Shown: piece after piece, positions 1 to 9,654 of the stretch | Layout of the letters: each line of letters opens with the position of its first letter | Numbering within the stretch: position 1 is the stretch's first letter | Assembly (NCBI GenBank): GCA_050015075.1 | Contig: JBEKCB010000048.1 | Span: forward strand, 1 to 23,390 | Reading direction: 5' to 3' | Source of the DNA: Candidatus Brocadiia bacterium | GTDB lineage: Bacteria > Planctomycetota > Brocadiia > CAIUPP01 | Length of the DNA stretch: 23,390 nt | Notes under the pieces: generated by a model | What the model was told of the DNA's origin: nothing | The model's database searches: none | The model's input: only the letters and a program-made list of their open reading frames with translations | Made by a program: the position numbers and the translations under genes

Positions 1-1227
1 AAAGCGATGCAGACCGTGCCCATGGCGGCGGTGACGCGCGACGGCAGCCGCGACAAACTCATGGCGCTCTGCGACGGGGTCAGCCGGGCCGTGCGCCTGC
101 GCTCCGGCTCCAAAGTCGAAGAGCCGAAGAAGGAAGACCTGGTCGCCTGCCAGGCCGCCGAGGTCGCCAACCGGTTCAAGGGGCTGAGCACCGTCGAGAT
201 GTTCCGGCGGTGGGGCGACGGCATCGGCATTCCCGACGCCATGTACTTGAGTCAGGCCGACTGCGCCGACTTGATGATCGGCGGCTCGACGCTCATCCGA
301 AGGCGCTACGGCGACACGGTCGCGCTGGCCGGCGCGGAGAGCACGAGCGACTTCCCGGCGATCTTGATCGACGCGATCAACAAAAACATGCGCCAGGCGT
401 ACCTCGACGTGCCGATCAAGTGGCCGGCGTTCTGCAAGAAGAACACCGCGCGCGACTTCAAGAACATCTACTCCATCGCCATGTCGGAATTCCCGGACCT
501 GCTTTCCGAGAACGAGGCGGCCGAGGCGAAGGACGCGCAGATCACCGACGGGAAGGAGACCTACGCGCTGGGCGTCTTCCGGCGTCGTGCCTCGATTACC
601 TGGAAGGCGTTCATCAACGACGACCTTCAGGCGTTCAACCGCATCCCGCTCCTCATGGCGACCGCCGCGCGCCGCAAGGAGGACGACGTCGCTTTCGCGC
701 CGATCCTGACGAACCAGACGATGGCCGACGGCCAGCCGCTCTTCTCCGCCGCGCACAACAACCTGGTCAGCGGCGCGGGCAACGTCGGCGTGCCGTCCGT
801 GCCCACCATCGGCGCGTGCGAGACGCTGCTGCTGAGGCAGAAAGGCCCTGCCGGGACGGCGCGCCTCGAACTGACGCCCGGAATCATCCTGACGCCCGCC
901 GGCCTGAAGGTCATCGCCGAGCAGGTCATCCACAGCACGTGGGACCCGGCGGCCCAGGCGTTCCAGCGCATGAACCCCTACGCGAACAAGCTCGTCCATT
1001 GCTTCAGCAGCCGTCTGGATGACGTCAGCGCGGCCGCCTGGTACGTGCTCGCGCAACTGAGCGACCCGGTGGTCGGGATGGAGATTGCCTTCCTCGAGTC
1101 GCAGGAAGGGCCGCTGCTCAGGCAGGAGGTGTCGTTCAACACCGACGACATCCGGTTCAACATCCGGCACATCGTCGCCGCGCACGCGATTGACTGGCGC
1201 GCGTTCGTGAAGAACCCCGGCCAGTAA
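1..1227 (+). CDS. Phage major capsid protein (Mu gpT-like / protease-capsid fusion type), 5'-partial
   Basis: Frame is open to the window edge (AAA GCG ATG). Motifs STSDFPAILIDAINK..AY, DFK, GKETYAL..F.R...ITW.AFINDDL.AF..IP and DG.PLFSAAHNNL are typical of this capsid family. Followed by a DUF2190-like gene. Confidence 0.88.
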   Translation, partial: KAMQTVPMAAVTRDGSRDKLMALCDGVSRAVRLRSGSKVEEPKKEDLVACQAAEVANRFKGLSTVEMFRRWGDGIGIPDAMYLSQADCADLMIGGSTLIRRRYGDTVALAGAESTSDFPAILIDAINKNMRQAYLDVPIKWPAFCKKNTARDFKNIYSIAMSEFPDLLSENEAAEAKDAQITDGKETYALGVFRRRASITWKAFINDDLQAFNRIPLLMATAARRKEDDVAFAPILTNQTMADGQPLFSAAHNNLVSGAGNVGVPSVPTIGACETLLLRQKGPAGTARLELTPGIILTPAGLKVIAEQVIHSTWDPAAQAFQRMNPYANKLVHCFSSRLDDVSAAAWYVLAQLSDPVVGMEIAFLESQEGPLLRQEVSFNTDDIRFNIRHIVAAHAIDWRAFVKNPGQ

Positions 1228-1276
1228 GCCCGGTGCTGGATTTCGTTTCCAAGGCCACTGAATAAGGAGACGTGAA

Positions 1277-2098
1277 ATGCTCAACCACGTGCAGGAAGGA
1301 AAGCGGCTGGCGATCTACAACGCCTCCCCCACGGCGACACTGCTCGCCGGCGTCCCCGTCGTCGTCAGCGGGCACATCCGAATCCCCATCGCGAATATTT
1401 CCCCGCTGTCCTGGGGCGAGGCCAGCGCCGAGGAGGTCTTCAACCTCCCGGCGAAGAACGCTGACACGTGGGTGGACGGCGCGACGTTGTATTGGGATAG
1501 CCAGAACGGCTACCTGACCGTGACGCCCGGCGGATCCGGCGTGGCCCTGGCCGGCTCGTCCGTGCCGCAGGAGAGCTCGTCCGCCGGCGCGCAGACCAAC
1601 ACTGCCGGCAAGGCTGTCGGCGTCACGACCGCCAACGTCAAGCTGATCGACCACGACGAGGGCACGCCCGTCGTCCCGCAGCCGACGGTCGCGGCAGTAG
1701 CGGCCCAGACGCAGGACGCGCTCACCACGACCGGCATGACCGGCGTGGCCAACACCGCTCCAGCGGCCGAGACGAACCTCGATACGCTGACCGATTCAAC
1801 TGAAGGCGAGGCGGGCACGGAAATCGTGGCGCTCCAGGCCGGCGGGACCGGCGCAGCGGCAGGCGCATTCGACACCGCGCAGCACCGCGACGACTTCATC
1901 GGCCAGGTCGCCGACAACTTCGCCAGCCTCGCCGCGCAACTCGCCAAGCAGAAGGCGCTCAATACCGTGCTCCTCAATGACTGCAAGAGCTTCGCCGTCG
2001 AACTGAACAAGGCCAAGGCGGACATGGCCGCATGCATGGCGACGATTGCCGCGCTCCGCACCGCGCTCATCAACGGCGGCGTCATCGCCGGAGCGTAA
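1277..2098 (+). CDS. DUF2190-like capsid cement/decoration protein with long C-terminal head-fibre-like extension
   Basis: RBS AAGGAG. N-terminus M.NHVQEG...G.PVVV...G....E.VF.LP......W..G..LYWD matches the DUF2190 pattern. C-terminal helical segment ends IAALRTALINGGVIA. Confidence 0.75.
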   Translation: MLNHVQEGKRLAIYNASPTATLLAGVPVVVSGHIRIPIANISPLSWGEASAEEVFNLPAKNADTWVDGATLYWDSQNGYLTVTPGGSGVALAGSSVPQESSSAGAQTNTAGKAVGVTTANVKLIDHDEGTPVVPQPTVAAVAAQTQDALTTTGMTGVANTAPAAETNLDTLTDSTEGEAGTEIVALQAGGTGAAAGAFDTAQHRDDFIGQVADNFASLAAQLAKQKALNTVLLNDCKSFAVELNKAKADMAACMATIAALRTALINGGVIAGA

Positions 2099-2109
2099 AA
2101 CGCCGCAAA

Positions 2110-2144
2110 GGCGCCGGGCCGGGCCGCGAGCCTGGCCCGGCGCC
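2110..2144 (+). terminator. GC-rich hairpin after the head genes (attenuator or mRNA-stabilising stem-loop)
   Basis: GGCGCCGGGCCGGGC-cgcga-GCCTGGCCCGGCGCC: 15-bp stem with one G-U pair. No strong U-tract. Confidence 0.55.
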
Positions 2145-2158
2145 CCGTTGGAGAATTC

Positions 2159-2506
2159 ATGGCTGTGAACCTGACCGTCGACCCGCTCTTCACGCTGCTG
2201 CCGAAGGAGAGCATTCAGGTTCAGGATGCGCCCGCAGGCCCCTGGCGCACGGTGGACGCGTTCGTGGACCGGCTGGCGCCGGACGAAATGCTCGGCGCGA
2301 ATATGGGCGACCGGCCCCGATTCGAGGTCGAGTTTCGCAATGACGCGGTCCTCGGCGTTGCGGCGGGGTTCGACAGAGGGCAGACGACTTTCTGCGTGGC
2401 GCAGCGGTACGGCGGAACGCCCGATCCGACTGTGCCGGCAAGCCTGATGCACTGTTTCAAGATTCTCGGCCAGGACGAGGGCTGCATCCAGATGGAGTTG
2501 CGGTAA
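2159..2506 (+). CDS. Putative head-tail joining (head closure, gpFII-like) protein
   Basis: 115 aa, RBS GGAG, beta-rich, syntenic position between cement and gpZ-like genes. Confidence 0.55.
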   Translation: MAVNLTVDPLFTLLPKESIQVQDAPAGPWRTVDAFVDRLAPDEMLGANMGDRPRFEVEFRNDAVLGVAAGFDRGQTTFCVAQRYGGTPDPTVPASLMHCFKILGQDEGCIQMELR

Positions 2507-3231
2507 TGGTCGGCGCGGAAGTCCGAATCGAGTTCGACAAGAAGAAGCTGGCGGACCTCGTGGAACTGCTCGGCAAGTTCCCGAAGGCGCTGCCGTTAGT
2601 GCTCTCAAGAGCACTAAATCGGACGGCGCAGGCGATGCGTTCGCGCGTGAGCCATGACGCGGCCCGTGCCTTGCAGATTCCTTTGCGCCCGATCCGCTCT
2701 CGGATTCACACGTCGTGGGCGCGCGAGGACAAGCTCCGCGCAACGGTTTATATCGACGATGCCGGTTTCACCCTCTGGCTTTTCAAGCCCGTGCAGAACC
2801 GCATGGGCGTCGTGACCACGCGCGGGTTCGAGGGGACATTCCCCCACGCCTTCATCGCCGCGCCCTGGCATCGCTCCACCTGGAAGCACCGCAAAAACGG
2901 CCACAAGGTCATGTCGGACGTTTCGCCCGGCCCGGATTACGAGATGGTGCGCGCCGGCCAGGCGCACCCGAACGTTTACATCCGGAAGGGCAAGGAACGT
3001 TTCCCGCTGCTCCAGCAGAAAAGTCCCGGAGCGGTGGAGACCATTCAGAAGGCCGGCGGCTGGGAGGCGAAGTATGCCGAGGCGCTTCAGTATCTGGAAG
3101 ACCGCCTCGCCGCCGAGACGGAACGCGTCCTGGCCGGAGGCAAGTGGACGGCGGTCGCCTCGGGGCTGAACGAGTCCTGGGCCGAATGGACGTCCCGCAT
3201 GGGCGCTGAGTACGTCGGGGAGGCCGCATAA
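2506..3231 (+). CDS. Putative tail completion protein (lambda gpZ-like)
   Basis: Basic protein with RALNRTA...R...I..RI, AFIA and VYIRKGKERFPL motifs typical of gpZ-like proteins. TAATG coupling to the previous gene. Confidence 0.65.
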   Translation: MVGAEVRIEFDKKKLADLVELLGKFPKALPLVLSRALNRTAQAMRSRVSHDAARALQIPLRPIRSRIHTSWAREDKLRATVYIDDAGFTLWLFKPVQNRMGVVTTRGFEGTFPHAFIAAPWHRSTWKHRKNGHKVMSDVSPGPDYEMVRAGQAHPNVYIRKGKERFPLLQQKSPGAVETIQKAGGWEAKYAEALQYLEDRLAAETERVLAGGKWTAVASGLNESWAEWTSRMGAEYVGEAA

Positions 3232-3755
3232 TGGCACAGTCGCCTCCACCTTTAATTAAAGACGCCATCGGGTCGGCCATCGAGAGCTTGCTCCAGGCTC
3301 TCGTCACCAGCGGCGCCCTGAGCATGGTGCAGCGCCCGACCTCGGCGGGGATGCCGGCTAGCCCGCAGAACAAGTCCTGCTACATCCTTCAGGGCGACCT
3401 GCGACCGCCGGAGGATGACGGCATGGAGGCCGAGGGGCAGAACATCGTCGTGACCTCCATTCAGCCTTTTGAACTGAACCTGTTCGCAATCCAGAGCGAC
3501 ACGGCGACCACGCCGGTGGACTCCGTCCTCAACGCGATGGAGGCGGCGGTCGTCGCCGCAATCCTCGACGGCGAAGGCGGCAGTTATCTGCCGACCGCGC
3601 AACCTGCGCTGGCGAACGTCCTCGGCGCGGCGTGGTTCGACCCCAGCCCCATGTATTTCCGCGACCCGCGCAACGCCGCGATCTTCGGGCAGACGAAGAG
3701 GCTGCTCGTGGAGTTCCGGCACGTCCAGAACAACCTTTTCCTTCCGACTAGTTAG
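3231..3755 (+). CDS. Putative tail terminator (gpU-like)
   Basis: 174 aa acidic protein directly before the tail tube gene. TAATG coupling. Confidence 0.55.
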   Translation: MAQSPPPLIKDAIGSAIESLLQALVTSGALSMVQRPTSAGMPASPQNKSCYILQGDLRPPEDDGMEAEGQNIVVTSIQPFELNLFAIQSDTATTPVDSVLNAMEAAVVAAILDGEGGSYLPTAQPALANVLGAAWFDPSPMYFRDPRNAAIFGQTKRLLVEFRHVQNNLFLPTS

Positions 3756-3766
3756 GAGGCCGACCG

Positions 3767-4744
3767 ATGGCTATCTCGCCCGCAAGCCGCCCGCTCTCGA
3801 TGCTGCGCCGGTGCATCCAGGTGCAGCCGGAGACGACGCCCGGAACCGCGATGACGGTGGGGGCGGACCTCTGGACGATTCTCGCTTACGATTCCGTCAT
3901 CAAACCGGTCGTCGAGATGGAGGACGTGGAGAAGCCCGGGGCCGACCAGTACATGCCTTCCGAACTCGGCGCGCGTCTCGGCGAGCACACCTTCAAGCTG
4001 CGGCCGACCGCGCCTTCCGCCAATCCCGCCTGGGCGACGGCGATTCTTCCCGGCTTCGGCCTGGGATGGAACGGCAGCACCGCCTTCGTGCTTGACCAGA
4101 ACTTCCCCGAAACCGCCGCCAGCACCGTCAAGGCGCTGACGCACTTCGTGTGGGAGGACGGCATCCTGAAGTCCATTTACGGGGCTGCCGGCAATCTCCG
4201 CATCTCCGGCAAGGCGGGGAAGACGGCGATCTTCGACTGCACCTTCCGAGGCAAATGGGCGGCCCCGGTCGCCGCCGCGAAACCGACCATCACCTACCCG
4301 ACCGACAGCCCGTTGCGGTTCGTGAACGCCGCGATGACGCTCACGTTTCCCAGCAGCGACATCTACACGCCGAAGGTCTCCAACTTCACCCTGGAAATGA
4401 ACAACGAGCTGTACCCGGAGGAGGACGGCAGCTCCGGCGACGACACGGGAATCAACTACGTCCTCATCCCGAAGCGGCGCGTGAAACTCACCATTGACCC
4501 GCTCACGACGCTCCTGAGCGGCGGCAACGCCCACGACCTCTACGCGCACTGGCTGGAGCAGGAGCTTTGCTCCGTGGCCTTCTCGCTGAAGGACGCCGCA
4601 GGTAATTCGCTCGCCTTCGCCATGACCGGATGCCAGTACGACCTGCCCGCGCCGGGCGACCGCAACCGGCTGATGAAGGAGGACGTGACCCTCCTGAATC
4701 AGAACAACGACCTGACGCTGACCTTCACACCGCATAGCGCGTAA
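3767..4744 (+). CDS. Major tail tube protein
   Basis: RBS AGGAGG, 325 aa, ETTPG near the N-terminus, F.LEMNNEL motif. Precedes tail chaperones and tape measure; no sheath gene present. Confidence 0.75.
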   Translation: MAISPASRPLSMLRRCIQVQPETTPGTAMTVGADLWTILAYDSVIKPVVEMEDVEKPGADQYMPSELGARLGEHTFKLRPTAPSANPAWATAILPGFGLGWNGSTAFVLDQNFPETAASTVKALTHFVWEDGILKSIYGAAGNLRISGKAGKTAIFDCTFRGKWAAPVAAAKPTITYPTDSPLRFVNAAMTLTFPSSDIYTPKVSNFTLEMNNELYPEEDGSSGDDTGINYVLIPKRRVKLTIDPLTTLLSGGNAHDLYAHWLEQELCSVAFSLKDAAGNSLAFAMTGCQYDLPAPGDRNRLMKEDVTLLNQNNDLTLTFTPHSA

Positions 4745-4754
4745 GGAGGGTTTC

Positions 4755-5195
4755 ATGCTGCTGACTTCCGAGCCGGGCCGGACGTTCGAGATCGGCATTG
4801 ACGGAAAAGGGCTTGAGCCGGTCGGCGACGAGCCGGCGTTCACGTTTCGGTATCTGTCGGGGCGCGAGGCGCGGGCATGCCGCGACCTCGACGAGAAAAT
4901 TCCGACCATCGGCATGACGAACGAGCAGGCGGCGGCGCTCTACGCGAAACTCCGGGAGCACATGACCGGATGGGAGCGCGTGACCGTCGGCGGCAAGCCC
5001 GTGGCCTATAACCCCGACCAGCTGGACGTGGTCGTCACCGACGGCGAGGCGAAGCGCCTGTTCTCCCGGATGCTCGCGTCAAACGAGCTTCACCCGGACA
5101 CCCTAAAAAACTTCGCATCGCCGTCCGCTGGCAACGCGGAAAAATCTGCGGCGGCGAGTGCCGAGATTGCAAAGGACCGCCCGACACAACCGTAG
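4755..5195 (+). CDS. Tail assembly chaperone (gpG-like)
   Basis: RBS AAGGAGG. Lies between tube and tape measure and contains the slippery heptamer A AAA AAC (L-K-N) at 5105-5111. Confidence 0.75.
   Translation: MLLTSEPGRTFEIGIDGKGLEPVGDEPAFTFRYLSGREARACRDLDEKIPTIGMTNEQAAALYAKLREHMTGWERVTVGGKPVAYNPDQLDVVVTDGEAKRLFSRMLASNELHPDTLKNFASPSAGNAEKSAAASAEIAKDRPTQP
5105..5111 (+). promoter_or_regulatory. Programmed -1 ribosomal frameshift site (A AAA AAC)
   Basis: X XXY YYZ heptamer in the correct phase (CTA AAA AAC). The -1 frame is open from 5108 to TGA at 5468-5470. Confidence 0.8.
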
Positions 5196-5470
5196 AGTGC
5201 CCGGTCTGCGACGGCAGCGGTTGTTCGGAATGCAAAGACGGCGAGTTGATCATCGTCGTCTGTCCTCTCCGCATCGTGCCGCGAATCGTCTTTGAGGTCA
5301 TCGCGGATGCCCGCAGGTACTACAAGCACGGCCTTGCGCCGGTTCATGGGGGCACACGCGACCAGGCTGCGCTATTCCTGGCTGCGGCTGACTTCGTCCA
5401 GAGCGAGGACTCCCGTGACGAGAGCGAAGAATACGAGAAGGCCATGAAGCGGATAAAAGGCGATGGCTGA
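5108..5470 (+). CDS. gpT segment of the G-T frameshift product (about 238 aa fusion), Cys-rich
   Basis: -1 frame reads KLRIAVRWQRGKICGGECRDCKGPPDTTVECPVCDGSGCSECKDGELIIVVCP...GLAPVHGGTRDQ...KGDG*. Its stop overlaps the tape-measure start. Confidence 0.72.
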   Translation, partial: KLRIAVRWQRGKICGGECRDCKGPPDTTVECPVCDGSGCSECKDGELIIVVCPLRIVPRIVFEVIADARRYYKHGLAPVHGGTRDQAALFLAAADFVQSEDSRDESEEYEKAMKRIKGDG

Positions 5471-7958
5471 CAAACAACTGGCGATTGCGCTTGTCGGCAC
5501 GGACGAAGCGTCCGGCGTCGTGGGCCAGTCCGCCCGCAAGATGGCCGCCGACCTTGAAGCCCTCCAGAAGCGCACCTTCGATGTCGGCCACGACGCCCGC
5601 GCCCGCGAAACGCGGGAGATGTCCAACCACTATGACACGCTCGCCGCCCAGTACAAGGCGCAACATGAACGCCTCGTGCAATACGAGGCGTCAGCGCGTG
5701 AAAAACTCGCGGGGCTGCGCCTCGAACGCGCGGGAAAACGGGCAACCCCGGAAATCGCGGCTCAGGATCGGGAGGTTAATCAGGCCCGTGCGCTGATCGC
5801 GCGCAACGAGGACGTGCAGGCCGAGGCCGCCAGGGCGAAGAAGGCCGAACAGGACGAGATGTCGAAACGTTATGAGGTTGCGGCGGCGGAAAAACGCGCC
5901 GCCGACCTCGCCGCCATCGAGCGCCGAATCTTCGACAGCACCCACAGCGCCCGCGAGCGCGAGCTACGCGACGTGCAGGAATGGAAGGCGCGCGAGCTGG
6001 CAGTCTACAAGAACGATGCCGAGATGCGCGCCAAGATCGAGGAAGCCGCCGGGCAGCAGACCTCCGAGATTCAGAAGCGATATTCTGCGGGAACCATTCA
6101 GCGATTCCTCGTCTCTGCCCGCGCGCTCAAAACAGCCCTCCTGGGCGCAGAGGTCTACGTCGCTTACGAAGTGGCGAAGGGGATCGCCGGCGCGATTGAA
6201 GCCGGGCCAGCGGAAACCGCCGCGCGCGCGAGCGGCCAGGCCGCAGAGATGATGAAGGGGCGGCTCGCCAGTCGTGCCGCAATCCAGGGAACCTACACCT
6301 GGATTCCGATTCTCGGCAGCATCGCCAAGGGTGTTCACGACTCCATCGCCGACACGAAACGCGAGACCGCGCTTGCGGAGCAGGGGGAGCGGACGCAATC
6401 CGAAATTCAGGAACTCTCCAGAGGCGTCCAACGAGCCGCACTGACCTCCGAACGATCCCGCGCGAACTTCCTCGGATACACGCCTGCCGAGATGGCCCGG
6501 CTGGACTATGAACAGGGCCGGCAGGAGCGCGCCGGGCGGCTCAGGGAAGCGCAGGAGGTCTACGGCCAGGCCAGCTCTGACTACGGGCGGTCGCGGGAAC
6601 TCCATCTCTCCAAGGATGAGCAGCAGGCATTCCTCGTCAAGGAGCAGCAGGCGAAGCGCTACGTTGACCAGCTTCGCCAGGTCAACGCGGCCGAGGATGA
6701 ATACGCCGGGGCGACCGCCAAACGAGCCGCGCAGATGGAGAAGGCGGGATTCTGGCGCGGGATCGAGCGGGAGACGCTCGGCGCGCAATTCACCGGCGGA
6801 CCCGGCTACGAGCAGCGCCAGGCCATCGAGCGGCGGATGCAGGGGCTGTCTCAGCAAGAGGAACTGGCGGCCCCCAAATTCGCCGGATTGGACGAGCGGA
6901 TCAAACAGGCCGGGGACAAGGAAGCGTGGCTGAAGGACTACCAGGACCGTATGCGCCGGCAGGGGAACCCGGGCTACACCCGGTATGACGCGGAAAAAGC
7001 CTGGAAGCGCGAATTCGGGGACGTGGATGAACTTCAGAAACAGCGCGCCGCCGTCATCGCGCGCCAGGGCGCTCAGACAACCGGGCTGACGACGCAGCAG
7101 CAGTACGAGCGCATGCAGTGGACCGCCGGTCTCGATCTGCGAGGCTTCGAGGCTCGGTTTGGCGGTCCGACGCAGGCAGAAGCGCGTGCACGCGAGCGCG
7201 AGGAGATGCGCGTCCGGCACGAGCAGGAAATGGGCGGTCCCGAAGGCAGCCCTACGCGGCTGAAGGAAGGGACCGACGAATATAAAAAGCTCAAAGCGGT
7301 ACAGAACGCCGAAGTTATAAACCGCGACAAAAAATACGACCGCGAGGACGAGGACCGCGAGCGCCGGCACCAGGTCGTCATGCGCGACGCGCTGGCCGGC
7401 GCGGCGTTCGACCGCGAAGCCATCCGCCGGCGGGAAATGGATCGCATCAAGGAATCCTACGCCGAGGACATCAAGAAGTTCGGCGAGACGGAGGAGATCA
7501 AGGCCGAGATCAAAGCGAAGCAGGACACGCTCGCGGTCCAGCAGGGTGAGCAGCGCAGGGAGGAACGCGCCGGGATCATCGAGCAGGCGCTGCGGACTCC
7601 CGGCGTCGGCGGGCAGTTCTCGGACGAGGCGGATCGCCTCGCGCTCGAGGAGACGGAGCGCAAGCGCCGCCAGGAACACCCTGAAATGTCCGCGCTCTTC
7701 GACAAGCAGGACGCGGCCGAACGCGCTGAAATGGCCGCGCAGCAGAACTGGAAGCCGAGCGAAGTGGCCAGCCGCAAAGGAGCATGGGACGCCGGTCGGC
7801 CATCCGGCTATGACCGCTTCATGCCGGGGCAGACGCCGGAAGCGAAGGCGCTCGGCGAGTACCTCCAGAAGAACTACGGCACGCTCGACGCGATCCACAA
7901 GCTGCTGACGGCCCTCGCCGGCAATCTCGGTGTCGCCCCTTCGGGAGGAGCCGGCTAA
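5463..7958 (+). CDS. Tail tape measure protein
   Basis: 831 aa, Ala/Glu/Arg/Gln-rich helical protein. N-terminus L.IAL.G.DEAS. Directly after the G/GT genes. Confidence 0.8.
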   Translation: MADKQLAIALVGTDEASGVVGQSARKMAADLEALQKRTFDVGHDARARETREMSNHYDTLAAQYKAQHERLVQYEASAREKLAGLRLERAGKRATPEIAAQDREVNQARALIARNEDVQAEAARAKKAEQDEMSKRYEVAAAEKRAADLAAIERRIFDSTHSARERELRDVQEWKARELAVYKNDAEMRAKIEEAAGQQTSEIQKRYSAGTIQRFLVSARALKTALLGAEVYVAYEVAKGIAGAIEAGPAETAARASGQAAEMMKGRLASRAAIQGTYTWIPILGSIAKGVHDSIADTKRETALAEQGERTQSEIQELSRGVQRAALTSERSRANFLGYTPAEMARLDYEQGRQERAGRLREAQEVYGQASSDYGRSRELHLSKDEQQAFLVKEQQAKRYVDQLRQVNAAEDEYAGATAKRAAQMEKAGFWRGIERETLGAQFTGGPGYEQRQAIERRMQGLSQQEELAAPKFAGLDERIKQAGDKEAWLKDYQDRMRRQGNPGYTRYDAEKAWKREFGDVDELQKQRAAVIARQGAQTTGLTTQQQYERMQWTAGLDLRGFEARFGGPTQAEARAREREEMRVRHEQEMGGPEGSPTRLKEGTDEYKKLKAVQNAEVINRDKKYDREDEDRERRHQVVMRDALAGAAFDREAIRRREMDRIKESYAEDIKKFGETEEIKAEIKAKQDTLAVQQGEQRREERAGIIEQALRTPGVGGQFSDEADRLALEETERKRRQEHPEMSALFDKQDAAERAEMAAQQNWKPSEVASRKGAWDAGRPSGYDRFMPGQTPEAKALGEYLQKNYGTLDAIHKLLTALAGNLGVAPSGGAG

Positions 7959-8875
7959 TGGCCGTCGTCAAAGTCACGGAGAGCTGGAAACAACTGGGCA
8001 GCAAGGTCGATGGCATCCCAGGGATCACTCCCATCTATGTGAACGCCACGAAAGTTTTCAGCGTGAAGTTCGACGTGGCCGCCGAGGGGAATTCGCTGGC
8101 CGCATTGACCGCGAACGACGGGACGACGCAGGTCCCTGGAAACGGGGCGTTCTATTCCTCCGGTTACAACTATCTGATCCTGCGGAACGTCCACGTCCTC
8201 GAACCTGTCGGGCCGACGCTGTTCCGCGTCGTCTGCGAGTATTCCGGTCTGGTCAACCCGTTTTCGCAGCAGCCCGTCCTGCGATACGCCGGCATGCGCC
8301 ACGCGGAGGAAGTCGGGCACGACGCGACCGGCAAACCCTATCGCAACACGATCGGGCAGCGTCTCACAGGGCACACGCGCGATTTCTACGACGTCATCTT
8401 CACGCTGACCCGCAACGAGGCGACGGACACCATCGTGGGCGGCGCATGGCGCGGCGTCGTGAACTCGGACACGGTGATGTGCGGCGATTACACGTGGGCC
8501 CCGAAGAAGGTGAAGATCGAGGACATTTCCGCGACGCGGGAGTACACGCCCGTCACGTCAGGAACTCTGACGTTCCAGAGCTGGTTCTATCCGGTCACGT
8601 ACACGCTGGCGGTTCGGACGCACGTCGTCACGATCAACGGCGGCAGCGCGACCGACATCGGCTGGCAGTACCTGGAGGCGAACCACGGCTCGCAGTACTG
8701 CGCCGTGTCCGGCGGCCCGACGAGGGACACCGTGAAGTACGGCCTCGGCCCCGACGTGCTCCTGAAGCAGGACGGCACGCTCGTCATGCCGACGGACCCC
8801 GACTCGTCGCTGTACTGGCTGCTCTTTGACGACTTCTTCCCGACGGCCTTCGCTCCGCTGGGGTTGAGCTTCTAA
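7958..8875 (+). CDS. Putative distal tail / hub protein
   Basis: 305 aa, beta-rich, TAATG-coupled to the tape measure; expected position for a tail-tip protein. Confidence 0.55.
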   Translation: MAVVKVTESWKQLGSKVDGIPGITPIYVNATKVFSVKFDVAAEGNSLAALTANDGTTQVPGNGAFYSSGYNYLILRNVHVLEPVGPTLFRVVCEYSGLVNPFSQQPVLRYAGMRHAEEVGHDATGKPYRNTIGQRLTGHTRDFYDVIFTLTRNEATDTIVGGAWRGVVNSDTVMCGDYTWAPKKVKIEDISATREYTPVTSGTLTFQSWFYPVTYTLAVRTHVVTINGGSATDIGWQYLEANHGSQYCAVSGGPTRDTVKYGLGPDVLLKQDGTLVMPTDPDSSLYWLLFDDFFPTAFAPLGLSF

Positions 8876-9489
8876 TGGAAAAACTCGTCATACCGACCGG
8901 GCGCGACTGGAACGACGTGCTGAAGCGGCTGGGCCGGCTCGACCGCAAGGGCGATCCGCGCCCGCGCCGCGAGCATCCCTGGACCTTCCCGGCGGGCCAG
9001 CCGATCCCGATCACGAACAACTTCTCGACGCTCGCGCCGGCGGGCGGCTTCGCCTGGCTCAACGGCAGCGCCGGTTCCGACGCCGATCATTACGGCGTCA
9101 TCCAGCCGACTTCCCCAGGCATCGCCCAGACGCTGGTCATCGTGGACTCGGACATCCCGCCTGGCGGCAACGGCCTCGGCTGGACGGCGGACGGCTGCGA
9201 GCATCCGTGCTATGACCCGATGGGGATCTTCGTGGTCAATCGGCGCTTCAGCGCGTCGGCGAACAGTTGGGCGCCCATGGCTAACCCGCTCGGGCCGGTC
9301 ACGGCAACCGCCGCGGCCGTCTCCGGCTTGGCAATGGGATTGTTCCATGGTCAGCGCGGGGACACGAAGATGGTTCGGACGGGGCCCGGCGCAACGGCCG
9401 GACTGCCCATCAAGGTCCTCATTCTCAGCGCCAACCACACTGTGACGCAGACGGCGCCAAACCAAGTCACGCTGACTTATGTGAGTTAG
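8875..9489 (+). CDS. Putative tail-tip protein
   Basis: 204 aa, TAATG-coupled, Gly/Pro/Thr-rich. Confidence 0.5.
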   Translation: MEKLVIPTGRDWNDVLKRLGRLDRKGDPRPRREHPWTFPAGQPIPITNNFSTLAPAGGFAWLNGSAGSDADHYGVIQPTSPGIAQTLVIVDSDIPPGGNGLGWTADGCEHPCYDPMGIFVVNRRFSASANSWAPMANPLGPVTATAAAVSGLAMGLFHGQRGDTKMVRTGPGATAGLPIKVLILSANHTVTQTAPNQVTLTYVS

Positions 9490-9492
9490 GTC

Positions 9493-9654
9493 ATGTTCCT
9501 GGTCATTGACTCGCTGGGAAACCTTTACACGGCGGACGAACTGATTCCGGGGACCGGCGAGGTCTTCACGGACATGGACGGCCTTCTGGATGCTTCGGCG
9601 TACACGACGACGGCCGATGGCGACGACACGCTGACCATGGGAGCGCAGACGTGA
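9493..9654 (+). CDS. 53-aa ORF missing from the ORF track; paralog of the segment preceding the Cys repeats of the next gene
   Basis: MFLVIDSLGNLYTADELIPGTGEVFTDMDGLLDASAYTTTADGDDTLTMGAQT*. Fills the gap exactly (3 nt after the previous stop; its TGA overlaps the next GTG). 23/53 ungapped identity to aa 262-314 of the 9651-11861 protein. Confidence 0.8.
   Translation: MFLVIDSLGNLYTADELIPGTGEVFTDMDGLLDASAYTTTADGDDTLTMGAQT

Noticed and set aside
5964-7898. 644-aa antisense ORF
   Set aside because: Shadow of the GC-rich tape measure gene; no recognisable motifs.
1-9489. Contractile injection system or tailocin
   Set aside because: Capsid and head-tail genes are present, and no sheath or baseplate wedge genes are seen. 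A GTA-like domesticated element cannot be excluded.
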